Below, piece after piece: positions 37,001 to 47,100 of a stretch of 55,340 bases of DNA (positions are counted from its first letter, which is position 1; the number at the start of each line of letters is the position of its first letter). The position numbers and the translations under genes are program-made. The stretch is taken from positions 1-55,340 of IMG/VR virus record IMGVR_UViG_3300017771_002251; one strand, given 5' to 3'. The notes below the pieces were generated by a model. The model was not told the origin of the DNA and ran no database searches. It saw only the letters and a program-made list of their open reading frames with translations. The DNA comes from a virus. Lineage: Duplodnaviria; Caudoviricetes.

Positions 37001-39218
37001 AAATAGTATTGTTCTTTGGAATACGTAATGTAGATCCTTCTTCGCTGGTGATTGTTTCACCAGGAATGAAGTTGCCATACAGAGTTTTTACATACAAACT
37101 CCTTCCCAGAGACATATATCCATTGGAAGCACCCTCTATGACCCCATAAGCGCCGCTTTGGGCACCTATGATGTATTTGCCAGGAGAGAAGTCAGGAGTG
37201 ACTGGAGAGTCTACTAGGAGTCTTGTGAAGAAGACAGGGTTGAAGTATGAAAGGTTGAAGTTGCCGCTGTAAGTATCTCTACCATCAGCAAGTTTTCCAC
37301 GAGAGATAACAATGTCAGTGTCTTGATTAAATCCGTCTGGTCTCTTTGTTAAAGAAAAGTCTTTAGGTTTTGCAATACCAACAACAGGAACAATGCTCTC
37401 TGTATAGTCTACAATGTATCCAATGTTATTAACTTCCTGTTGGACGTTAGCAAGACTGGTGTAAAGAAGTCTTCTTCTGATTGATACATCATCGTCATAT
37501 TCAAGGAACATGTTGTCCAGTAGATCCTTTCTACCTTGAACAGTCAATTGAAGGAATTGTGCATTCAAATCACCAATTTCTGGTCTGGTGACCTTTGCAA
37601 ATGACAAGCACTTAACTGTATTTGTTGTTGCAACACCACCAGTAGAAGATCTAGTCTGAACAAAGTACAAAGTTCTCAAATCTAGTTTTCCAGCACCAGG
37701 AGAATCGGAAATACTAGTGTCGTCAATAAGACCTAGATCAGCAGCTGCCTGAATCCAGATAGTCTTAATGGCATCATCTTTGTCAAATCCTTGTCCTCTT
37801 CTAGAAATAGTCTGTCTGTATTCAGCAACTTCCTCTAGATTGTTGAGACCAACAGTTCCATCATTATGTACTGCATTCAGGAAAATAGTTGGGTATGCAG
37901 TAAGATCTGCTCCCTCTGCATTCAGTGGGAGTGTGTTGTATACATTGGTTAGTGTAAATGTCGAAAGTCCATTAGACTTGATCGATACATTATCTCTAGA
38001 TAGGGTTTCTCTTGCCTTATCAACTTCTAGATACTTGGTTTCTTTGTTTACAATCTCGAAACCACGGACATATGCTCTACCAGCACCAACGGTAGCAACT
38101 AGTTTATCCGCAGCATCAGCTGCAGAAATGCCATTGGGTCCTACAGTGCCATCACGACCAGCGGTGTATAGACCAAAGTTTCCATCTCTCTGATAGAACT
38201 CTCTAATGTCAACGTCAAAACTATCTACTACGTAGTCTCCAGACTCATCGTAGGTTCTTCGTGCAAGAGTATTCTCAAGCGTATTATATGCTGCTTGCTT
38301 GACTTGCTTCTGGATAACTCCATTCTTGATAGACAGGAGTTGAATAAAATTCTTATCAGGAGTCTCTTCAAATTGATACTTGACTAGAGATAGTGAAATC
38401 TGTAATCTATGTGCTCCAGGTGCAGCATAGTTAGAAGATCCAAACGCATTGTCATACAAAGAGGGTTCATCCTCTGGTGTGACTAGAGTTTCATCAATTT
38501 TGAATCCAACTTTTACAGAAGGATTGTCACTGTAACCATCAACAACGATTAGACCAGAATCATTTCTTACAAAGAAACCATTGACAAAATATACACCTTC
38601 TTCTACTTGAACAGCAGAACCAAATCCCATTGCACCACTGTCTACAAATGTAGTCTCACTGGTATCAGGATTTAAGACTGCAACGCTAGTAGGTAGAACG
38701 CTGCCGTCAGTGCCAACAACGAGTAGAGGGCTATTAATGCCATCGATAACTTCGAGCGTTTCTCCTTGGCGGAACCTTTCTTCATCTCCACTGTCACCTG
38801 CCGTCAAATATTTTACATATAGTGTATCAGAGTTATTCTCTGTTGCTTTTACAACAGTCTGAACAATCGCAATGACACCAGAAGATAGTCCGTTGATCTT
38901 TTGACCAATCAGACCATCGATGTCATACTTTTGATATACCAATTCGCCGTCTACGTTGACAGCAACTTCAGAAACAGACGATAGTTTTACAAAGTCAAGT
39001 TTTTTGTTGAGACCGACCTCTCCAGGGACAACTAGGTCGCCCTGTTTGAAAGCATATTTGCCATAGCTTTCGATTTGATTCTGTAGGATAGATTGCGTAG
39101 TATTAAGTTCCCTGCCCTGTACAGGGTAACCAGGGCGGTATAATACTTTATAGAAATCTTTCCTAGAATCGTAGTCGTCAAAATATGGGGCGGCTTTAAG
39201 ATTAGTCTTCTGTGGCAT
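31098..39218 (-). CDS. VrlC-like / DUF4815 large virion structural protein (2706 aa)
   Basis: MPQKTNL..APYFDDY...FYKVLYRPG.PVQGRELN..QSILQNQIE, APGAHR, LARRTYDESGDY, RYTMRDIGKLEKRIERLEYYT, SFAIKIVM...VPKIQDMR; position after gp8. Confidence 0.85.
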   Translation of the reverse strand: MPQKTNLKAAPYFDDYDSRKDFYKVLYRPGYPVQGRELNTTQSILQNQIESYGKYAFKQGDLVVPGEVGLNKKLDFVKLSSVSEVAVNVDGELVYQKYDIDGLIGQKINGLSSGVIAIVQTVVKATENNSDTLYVKYLTAGDSGDEERFRQGETLEVIDGINSPLLVVGTDGSVLPTSVAVLNPDTSETTFVDSGAMGFGSAVQVEEGVYFVNGFFVRNDSGLIVVDGYSDNPSVKVGFKIDETLVTPEDEPSLYDNAFGSSNYAAPGAHRLQISLSLVKYQFEETPDKNFIQLLSIKNGVIQKQVKQAAYNTLENTLARRTYDESGDYVVDSFDVDIREFYQRDGNFGLYTAGRDGTVGPNGISAADAADKLVATVGAGRAYVRGFEIVNKETKYLEVDKARETLSRDNVSIKSNGLSTFTLTNVYNTLPLNAEGADLTAYPTIFLNAVHNDGTVGLNNLEEVAEYRQTISRRGQGFDKDDAIKTIWIQAAADLGLIDDTSISDSPGAGKLDLRTLYFVQTRSSTGGVATTNTVKCLSFAKVTRPEIGDLNAQFLQLTVQGRKDLLDNMFLEYDDDVSIRRRLLYTSLANVQQEVNNIGYIVDYTESIVPVVGIAKPKDFSLTKRPDGFNQDTDIVISRGKLADGRDTYSGNFNLSYFNPVFFTRLLVDSPVTPDFSPGKYIIGAQSGAYGVIEGASNGYMSLGRSLYVKTLYGNFIPGETITSEEGSTLRIPKNNTISHFVVQRQGTGYTAGSKININGTIFESADVEVGIDGGTVYKVTIKNRDALQTEFAAPPVCEVLGSSTIAVNIAPVLFRDSVLTYNSQNVKSLYSTFGSNNKFSADIETGDDSLGDTRDVTENTFSGTKGYRFIECNGFNSDASLVLQQGDIVQFNDDTGRLNKFSVSQVTQPRGTDKSRVYLNGALPDSMTAKTVIRQRGKVLNGSTSTLIFPTGSKEVGSLVSSTENTKITYYIRRDFVTTGSDNGGNVTFAAQLDFGTQRFTQFTERDFLITVLDKGGSDLVETGDVIYVSPEFVSILNTTDATSGLSSGSITLTFPGNYFGNNVTNFPKLKLTATIEVSKGRPKLKTAIKNKRVIVQSPGDQVLPLRGLDYDSDSSEVFSYSDAFRIRYIYEGSSSAPPTVDVNGNLVVGTDLTNRFTFDDGQRDTFYDVSRIVLKPGFDPPTGQLVVAFDYFEHSQGDFCTVDSYIHEAGVVLDEIPDFNSNVHGNVSLKNVIDFRPKVDSTAIIPGYQDTSLLSQSEYINFIGPGGSVSSTPSSARNIPYTISFSESQYLDRIDGVFLNKKGEFIVKKGNASLNPSKPEIIEDGIPLYYMFIPAFTKSSKDVRITPVDNRRYTMRDIGKLEKRIERLEYYTTLSVLEQQALNMQVKDSLGIDRSKSGFLVDNYETHNVGNVKSIDHLCSIDAQQSVLRPQSKEDSFALKEVNTRDDQRVISGYTNSNGVITLPFTSVEYASNVFATKTVNPNPFVVLQYVGDAALDPNIDQWYNSFVAPLVTENNTNLFSVFLAKQDARVAFSSIYNSFVINWVGVNKTFYNLKSFAENNGRSAESTVSSASISSSSNVSPQNNEIAKGVGYKTINGTNVSNALKFYARSVPVKYVVRRMKPKTKLHVFMEGRNIARWINPDSRFTGIAANSPTTFGTSITTDEYGNASGIILIPSGYAPAENSFWTGNIDTMQYDDTAEEIYFTTGIKTIRFTSSMSDAPITDVDGVSSFAEVKFYATGILPENPSSIISTTPAIFKANEGVQEIDSNTENKERPNPMAQTFKVESFEGGMFATGVDLFFSEKSSTVPLRVYLSNVESDKPGKYILPGSIKTLYPDTFLKVYSSGNITIQKDEDITGNRSLAKGPITKVLDRNNFEVTPSSNGEISLTNEQTYTFILSNHNGRDFLPNEDLTIGTVTAYNNANNATVGLKIAKDSGRVSKLNITNLGSGYESATITIESPQLPGGSNATGSVKVSGGQLFFSEVSLAGRGYTEAPSVVIRGTGAGNNGAVIESEIEVDEPAVRMGVAIDPEGGIRSTTPTRFNFEYPVYLQNDTEYALNIECDAVEYKLWSSKLGEEDISSGLVVNAQPLLGSLFKSQNTANWEEDLFEDIKFTLYRAEFDTSRNGELVIKNEDLGYEKLLSDPLETYALANSTATSPLFKNNSSIIKVYHRDNGFEQGGDSKVFFRGLPDFAGYDAIELESTLFQVSNAGIDSYNIVGPSRASDTGFFGGDAVLASYNRKYEKLYAQIPYLQVSGTSIDSMVKTTNVIPVDSDTNNYTSYSMTDYETTFLNEEQYFLNQKMIASPINESLNNMDASLMYKMTLKSDQSYLSPVVDLRSASAKTVTNRVENSYGKEDRYGKRYQKIQIFPVYKFTIQGNEVGGNLVPIVINQNVTGVTSGAESEVLRVRDNDIFVKIKNSVNFTLGETLYFSTQSASGGELDGITVTITNDGIFNQLPNFVVGSTVTAFNPSARTEKYDNKVSGKVIFWDSNTKTLTLENDKRPINGDYTSEITLGSDFARTATTSLQTSDVFRVGDLIDFDGASFETSKFSEIKAMEFGNGIDFVAENGSVNTSAVAKYVTKEISLASSAASLSTKLTVNATDVNNIQVLYKTKPEASQQKFDDISWTYFNEDGSSDNDVIATAQNSISGQYESQSAYQELSFTVSDIPDFSSFAIKIVMKSDNPSYVPKIQDMRTVASF

Positions 39219-39251
39219 TGTATTAAACTACCGTCTTGTTTTCGTTTATAA

Positions 39252-41117
39252 TCAGAATTCGATGACTAACTTGATATCCTCAATCTGGTCAGCTGCTCTA
39301 GTGATTAGTCTTCTGTTCTCTATGTATATGAGATCGCCCGTGTTCGCTTCGATCTCGGGGTCTGATAGACCATCGGTGAATACGGAACCAATTAGTTCTG
39401 TACCATCTGCCAATGCAACATCAACAGTACCTTGAGAAGCAGAATCTACACCTACAATTGCGTTAGCAGCATCAGATGCAAATGCTCTCACAATGTAGTT
39501 AGCATCCATATGATACTCGGAACTTTGCATGTACTTCAGAACGCCGCTACCAGGGGTTCCTGGCGTTGGAGTGGGAGATCCAGCATCTAGGGTCCAAGAG
39601 ACTACGGTGCCCTTTGCAGTGCCTCCTGCAACAGTCTGGGTGATCATCTCATCAGGGGTGAAGTCTCCAGTTGCTCCAGTGATCTTGACTGCCTTCAATC
39701 CAGAAAGAGTGTCCGAAGTAGAGAAGGTAGTAGTACCGTAATCATATGGGTCCTTGATGATGCCGATACGACGGAAGTCGTTATCGACGGGGAAGTCGCC
39801 AGCACTTTCAACGAAAGTGAGACGAATGTTTGCCATAACGCGCTTTGCGTTGAATTCTGTCTCGAAGTCAGAACCGTGACCACCTTGGGGAGGAATGATT
39901 ACTTCTAGTGAAGGAGCAGATGTTGCTGCAACTGCTTGGGATACTGTGAGAGCATTATCGGAGAATAGACCAATTGCTTCAGTGCTTCCAGCAGTTCCAG
40001 AAGGAATACCAGTTGTAACAGGAATAGATGCATAGGTGTAACCAGAACCTACCGTTTCCATTTCGATTTGGTCGATAGCACCACCAGCAACTACTAGTTT
40101 AGCAACAGCGCCAGTGCCGTCTCCTAGTACAGGAGCATAGAAAGTGCCGTTGGTAAGACCAGTGCCAGCATCTTTAATTAGAGCAATGTTGAGACTGCCT
40201 GCAACAGCAGCGGTTTCGGTTGCAACTCTGCTTGTTTCTCCTACTGCCGCAAGAGGCATAAAGTCGGAGGAGAGGAATGCTAGTACATCATCAGTAGGCA
40301 TGGTGTACATGTACTTCCAGACATAAGAACCGTCAGGAGCAGTAAAGATGCCATTAGCATATGTACCAAGACCCGAAGAAGGGTTGGTTTTGGGTTCGTG
40401 AACTACGTTAACGCCAGATGGGTTAGCAACAGTCTCACCGTTGTAAAGGCACTTGAATACCTCATAACCCTGGTTCATTACATAGAACTTTGCTCCAGAG
40501 ATGGAAGATCCACCAAGAGCAGTTCCAACACCGACCTGACCACCACCAGCAGGGGTAGCAGAGTAGTTGGGTTTCCACATGTCGAACTTTGGATTGTTCG
40601 CTGTGTCCCAGTTGTATCTTCTTACAACAGATCTTGCATAGGAAGAAGTGATTCTCTTCGCTGCAATGATGTCACTATAAACGCTGAATTTCTCGGTTAG
40701 GTTATCAAGAGGTACAGGAGGAACGTTCTCTGTAGAATATCTGTAGACACCCGTGGTTGCTTGGACACCCGTATCCGCCGAACCGTCGTATTCTTTTAAC
40801 AGAGATCCTAGAGCAGGAGCACTAGTTGGAAGTGGTCCTACCAAGTTAAGTAGAAGACTTTCAGGAAGAACCTTTGCGATTGTTGCCTTGAACGTAGCGC
40901 CTGCGTAGTTGGCACCAACATATACTTCATTACCTACGGCGAACGAACCACCGTCTGTAGAGTATACTTCTAAAAATGAATCCCATGCTTGGGGTCTGCC
41001 GACAAAGAAGTACATACGACTTCGATCGACACCAGTATCGCTAGAACCTTCAGTAAGAGACTCTAGGAACTGCTTCGCATTAAAAATTCTGAACTTTTCC
41101 GAGATAATAGCAGCCAT
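39252..41117 (-). CDS. gp8: Baseplate wedge subunit gp8
   Basis: MAAIISEKFRIFNAKQF, YFFVGRPQAW, VRRYNW, VFKCLYN, DGSYVWKYMYT, DFRRIGII.DP, GDLIYIENR..ITRA.DQ.EDIK. Confidence 0.9.
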   Translation of the reverse strand: MAAIISEKFRIFNAKQFLESLTEGSSDTGVDRSRMYFFVGRPQAWDSFLEVYSTDGGSFAVGNEVYVGANYAGATFKATIAKVLPESLLLNLVGPLPTSAPALGSLLKEYDGSADTGVQATTGVYRYSTENVPPVPLDNLTEKFSVYSDIIAAKRITSSYARSVVRRYNWDTANNPKFDMWKPNYSATPAGGGQVGVGTALGGSSISGAKFYVMNQGYEVFKCLYNGETVANPSGVNVVHEPKTNPSSGLGTYANGIFTAPDGSYVWKYMYTMPTDDVLAFLSSDFMPLAAVGETSRVATETAAVAGSLNIALIKDAGTGLTNGTFYAPVLGDGTGAVAKLVVAGGAIDQIEMETVGSGYTYASIPVTTGIPSGTAGSTEAIGLFSDNALTVSQAVAATSAPSLEVIIPPQGGHGSDFETEFNAKRVMANIRLTFVESAGDFPVDNDFRRIGIIKDPYDYGTTTFSTSDTLSGLKAVKITGATGDFTPDEMITQTVAGGTAKGTVVSWTLDAGSPTPTPGTPGSGVLKYMQSSEYHMDANYIVRAFASDAANAIVGVDSASQGTVDVALADGTELIGSVFTDGLSDPEIEANTGDLIYIENRRLITRAADQIEDIKLVIEF

Positions 41118-41149
41118 TGAAATAAGAGATACGGGTTGGATTTCTGTGT

Positions 41150-41163
41150 TATTTATATTTATA
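41150..41163 (-). promoter_or_regulatory. Overlapping tandem late promoters TATAAATATAAATA
   Basis: Consensus at 41150-41157 and 41156-41163, upstream of gp8. Confidence 0.75.
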
Positions 41164-41171
41164 CGGTGTTT

Positions 41172-44100
41172 TTAGAGAGTTGTCTCTAGACCGATAGTCC
41201 TGATGAATGTACCTGCAGTATGTGCTTCTGCAGTGGTGCCATCGACACCCCTTGTAACACCAGCAAAACGATCAGCTGACTTGCTAGTATATGTTACAAG
41301 TTCTTTACCCAATAAGAGTTTTCCAGAGTCAGGGAATCTAGATGTGTCGGGAACATAAAGAACAATTGACACATCAGTTGCAGGAGCATCCAAGAAACTG
41401 ACATGCTCTTGTAGAGATGGAACACCTGGGTTGAATAGCGTTCCATTTGTCGTCAATGAAGAGGCATTGATTGCCATATTTTCCATCCAGGTATCAACTC
41501 CTTCGCTGATACCATTGAATTGTGTATAAGTCAACTCAAGTTGCTCAAGGGTGATACCAGATACATTTGCGTATCCAACATCTAGATATAGATAATCGAG
41601 GAAAGATGCTACTGTAGTTCCCAACTTACCTTGAGAGTAGTATTCGGGGTTAGCAACAGGGTTCTCATCCAATGCAACAACACCAGAACTAAAGTATCTG
41701 GTTTTAATTGCTCTGAATGACTCAAAAGCAACATCCATATTCTCTGGGAAGATTCTCGTAAATGCAGGTTGTGATACCGCAGCAGGAGATTCTGTAGCAA
41801 CAACATACTGAATTTGAGTGAGGATATTCTGTTCAGATACTTCACCCATTCCAATTGCTGGACCAATAAATTGAATAATTCTAGTAACTTCAGCGCCAAA
41901 AGAAACTGGATCCAATACCTTGACAACGCCAACAGATTCAATGATGTTCTTGTAGTAGAGAGGAATGACAGTCGATACTGCAGTGATAGTGGCAACTAGA
42001 TTCTGACCTCCACCACCAGTGGTATATCTGGTCATGAAGAACTCTGGATGGTTATTCTCACGAAGGATTGAATAACCTCTGGAGATTACGACTTTAGGTG
42101 CCTTGGTATAACCAGATCCAGGATCTACGATCTCAATATCAATGATTTGTCCACCATATACAATCACTCTTGCTTTAGCACCACCACCTTCACCATTGAC
42201 AGGAACAAAGTTTAGGACTGGTGGGGTGTTGTAATTATATGCAGTGGGATTAACAAGAATACCATTATTGAAATAGTATGAGAGATCTCTACGATTCCAA
42301 TCAAGGGAAGTTACTTTACCAGCATCAACATTAGCAATTACAGACAGACCTTCTCCAAATTTTTCTTTGTCATAACCACTTGCAGCAATTTTTGTGAAGA
42401 AGTTATTGGAGATTTGTTCTCCATCACGATAATCAGTTGGTCTAGCAAATAGTGGTGAACTGATAATACTTCTGTATGATTTTTCACCATCAATTTGGAT
42501 CTTATCACCAACACGAAGGTTTGGATGTTGCTTCAGAATCTCACCTCTGTAGTCATAACTATCAAAGGCATCACCTGTAGGTAAGTAAGGAATATAGTTT
42601 GCCTCTAGTCTATTGAGGATTCTATCGCCATCTTCATTAGTTACATATGTAATGGTGAAACTATCTGGATTCAGTGTAAGAGGAGTTCCATCATTTCTAT
42701 CGAAGATGATTGGTTCTGATGCAGAGGATGAGATATTCTGCGAACGGAGCTCAATAACAAACTTGTTACCAGAACCTAGAGAAACCGAGATAAGATCTCC
42801 CCATACATTATTGCCCTGCTTGACAATAGTAGTATCAGTGGTGTTTTGTGTACGCCAGGTTGTTAGGGAATCATAACCACTAGCAAGGTCTATTTCAACC
42901 TTTGCTCGGTTGTAGTAAACATCAGGTTCATGATTAAACAGAGTAACTGTTGGGATTGCATCCTTTCCATATAAACGAATGATGTCAACTCTTGCAGATG
43001 CATAAGTACCATCTGCTTGTTCTGCATAAGGAACTGCTTGATTGAATCTAATCAAAGATCCAGCAATTTTATAAGATAGTTCCCTATTCTGCAATACACC
43101 ATCGACATAAACATATAAGTTTTTGTCGTCAACAGAATTGATTACATTATTATTGCTATCGTAAATGAGGTATTGATTATATTGGTTGTATGGTACTACT
43201 CTTTCGTCAATTCCAAGTCTTTCGTATAGACCCACACCAAATCCATAGAAATATGTTTCATTCTGTAGTTCTTGTGGAAAAGCATCAGCATCGTATAAGT
43301 CTTTGTAGTTTTTGGGTGCTTTAGCAAAAGCGATACGATCTGCTTTGTTTGCGCTTGAAAATCGTCTGATTTCATACGAACCTTGCTGTAATACTCCATC
43401 AAGATAGATAAACAAATCTTCTTTATCAGATGTCTTTACAAGACTACCATCTTCCCATTTAAGATCGAAGATTCTAGTTCTACCATCAAAAGAATCTGCA
43501 ATGTTTTGCAGTCTCTTGAGATAACGAGAATTGTCGGTGTCTTCTCTAAACCTAAAGGATCTGATGTACTCTTTCTGTGCTGGGACTTCCTGATCTTCGT
43601 TGATTCTGATACCTAGAGGTGGTTCGTAGAAATTGAGTTGGTTGCCAGTCACCTTGAAAGAATAACCAGGTCGCTGTGCAACACCATCAATAGTCATGAG
43701 CAGTTCTTGCTCATTATATGGAGTGTATGCAGTGCCTGTTGCTTTATCAATGATAGTGAACTGGGTATTACCAATCTTCAGACCTGTTTGAGGATCGTAT
43801 CTACCATCAAAGGCAGGAGTGAGTTCTAACTCTCTAGTTCTGAATAGAGTCTCGTCAAACTCATCAACAGATACAGAACCAGCACCTCTCGAAACTCTAG
43901 AGTCTTTTACCTTGAATATACTAGTAGTAATAGATCTCTTGGTAGAAACAGTAGATAGACTTACAGGGGGACCTGTAATAATCACCGTAGTCTTTTTGAC
44001 AGGTTGATTAACAGGCATGATCGCAGGTGCCTGTGTTTCCAGGTACACCTCACCAAATGCCTTGAATCCTGCAGGGTGTGTAGTATCTTTGATGATATTA

Positions 44101-47100
44101 CGCCACTGCTTGATTGGAGTTCTAGATCTAATTACATACGAGTAATCTTGATAGAAATCTGAATCATGGATTCTCTGATTTCCAGAACTGATCTTTCCTC
44201 TATCAGACTTGAATACGCCAAGAGTCTTGTCTCTAGTTACGATAACAGGAGAGAATATAGACTTCCTGATGCTATCAATGATAGCAGTACCTTTATTCTT
44301 ACTCTTCCCAACAATCTGTTTGCCAGCTTCAAATACACCTACAATTTCTTGTAGTCTCATTATATTTGAACCTTTCTTCCATCCGTCAGGTGCTACTCTA
44401 CCTTGAGCAGTAACAGTTTGTCCAGAACGCTGTTCAATGATCTCACCCGCTTTAAACGCATCCAATTCAAAATCTTTCAAGATAAAGATGGATGGTGTCG
44501 AGTATTCAGAAATAATTGTGTTGTCTGTATGGAATCCAGATCCATACTTAACAAAATTGACATTTTGTGGAACACCAATATTTTCTGATTCAAAGAACAA
44601 TTTGTTATCAGTTTCAATGACTTCTACTAATGGAGTTTCTGTATATGTACCTCCATTGATAATTCTGATCTGTTTGACAACACCGAGCTCAATATCAATT
44701 TCTGTCTGTAATCCAGATCCATTACCACTCGCAACCACTAATTCTGGTTTAGAATACTTCTGACCAGGATTATCAATAGTAATTGCTTCAATTGCATTAG
44801 TAGAGGCATTTCTAACTGCCGTTACTTGTGCCTTACATGAATCAGCAGGCACAACGCCTTTGATAACTGGCATTTGGGTATATCCAGAACCCAGGTTATC
44901 TAGTTTGACAGATGCAATTTTTCCAACAGATCTTCCTGTATAGTTAATATCTCCAGATCCATCATATTGTGGGATGTTTCCGATTTCATACACAACTTTG
45001 GTGTCTGATGTGTATGTAACTCTCTTTCTACCAGAAAGAGGATCATCGATGACTCTCAAGAAAGATCCTTCTGTGTCTGTGGAAGAATTAGTGAGGAAGT
45101 AATAGTAACTAGTGAAGTTTACATCTTTACGTGTCTTTTCACCGATGTCTGCACCATAACCAAGTCTGATTCTGACATATGCACCAGGATTACCAGGTTC
45201 AGTCAGACCGACTTCTTTCTCTTCTGTAAAGACATTGAAGTTTGGACTTGTAGAAATATCCAGGTATGAATTCAGCATCGAAGGATGACTGACATCGAAC
45301 TTATAGAAGTAATACTTCTGAATGTCTACAACAGGATTAGTTATAAAGTTGTTGTTATCTAGAGAGAAGAGAAGTTTCTCTTTGATAGGATAAGTATTAG
45401 AAATAGACACCACTTTAGATGGTGTGCTCTGGTCTTCAATAGAAGACACAGTTGTTAGAGGAATTGTAGATGTTGCGTTGTAATCCCAGTTGACAATTAG
45501 TCTCTTGGTAGTCTTATTGTAAGACACAACAACAGGATCATTAGCAGTATTGCCGCCAAGTCTAGATCCAGGTGTAAAGTTGTAAGATGGATTGAAAGAC
45601 GTTATATCCTTTCCATCACCATGATCTGACTTACTGGTGCCTTCCTGTGCTCTCAACACAGTCATCTTCTTATTAGCGTTGTCAACTGTGACAACCTTGA
45701 TAACTTCAGATCCGATAGACAGTAAATCATTTACTGCAATACCGAAAGTGTTAGTTACATTGAGATCTGTTCTGTCAACACCAAATCCAGCAGAATCTAC
45801 ATTGATTAGAGGAGTGGATGATCCTGGGGAAGGATACACAGTAATGGTTCCAACCATTTCTGGGTGGGCAATACAGATATAGTAGTATGTACCAGCAAAT
45901 TGTGGTGTGAATGTAATTGGGACAGATTGATCGGTAGAAGATCCAGTAGCAATATCATAATCCTCAATCTTCAATGCATATCCATCAAGTGCCAGCGTTG
46001 TGCTGTAATCAGACACCACATAGATGGTATGACCACCCATGTTGGGAATAGTGAGTGTGCTGCCAACACGAAGGTTGTAGGTGGGGTTTTCTTCGTTGGT
46101 AGTTAGATCTTTGAATATGTACTGTGGTAACAGTGAACCAGGAGGATAGAAGGTATCTACAGCAGTAATTACATATCCACCAATTGTATCGGAAGTTGTG
46201 ATTTCATCTCCCTCTTCATCAACAATAAAATACTGAATACTAAAATTATTTGGATCTGTGCCCTGATAAATGAAGTTTACGTTACCACCGTCATTTACAC
46301 CAAAAGCAGCTGCCACATATTCATTGGCAATGAAATTATCGTAGTCAGCTTCTGCAACGAAGAATCTCTTCGATAGATTTGCTTCTACTTGCGATTGGTT
46401 GGTATACACCATACCAAGATTAGGACTCTGATCCAAATCAGCAGGATCTACTCTAGGGATAGCAGTTGGTTCTAAAGTTAAGATATCATCTCTACGATAG
46501 TTAGAACCTGGATCGGTAACAGTAATGCTTTCGATATTGCCACTACCATCAAAATTACCAGTACCAACAACTACAGTCGCTTTTGCCTGAACAATATCAT
46601 CTCTGTTCTTTGCAGAATTTGCAAATACCAGGGGTACATCATTATATGTGTTTGAATAGTAGTCTTTACCCAAACCGATGACAGTAGATGCTCCGATACC
46701 ACTATCGTCTACTTTGGCACTATATTGTAGATCAATTAGATCTAGTTCTTGGAATTTCTTCTTCGTGACATAGTAAGTAGTCTCTGTAGTTGCTTCATCA
46801 GGATCTACAATAATATCGATGATATCTCCACCACCAAAGTCATGTGCTTCAGTAGTTTCTAGAATAGCAATATTCTCTTCAATATCAGTGACTCTGATAT
46901 TTCTACTTAACTCATTAATAATGACAATTTCTGTTCCAGCAGTGTTACCTAGGTCACTACTCTTCAAGATTACTTCGCCTTCTTCATAATTTAGATAGTC
47001 ATCAAAACTACCAGTCAATACTTTTAGTCTAACAGCATTCTGTTCGACTGTTCCTGCTAAAATCTGACCAGTAGCAATTTCTGTGGTGGGATCGTCAAAA

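Noticed and set aside
39243-39250. TATAAACG as a late promoter for the VrlC-like gene
   Set aside because: Two mismatches to consensus; the gene can be read from the gp8 promoters
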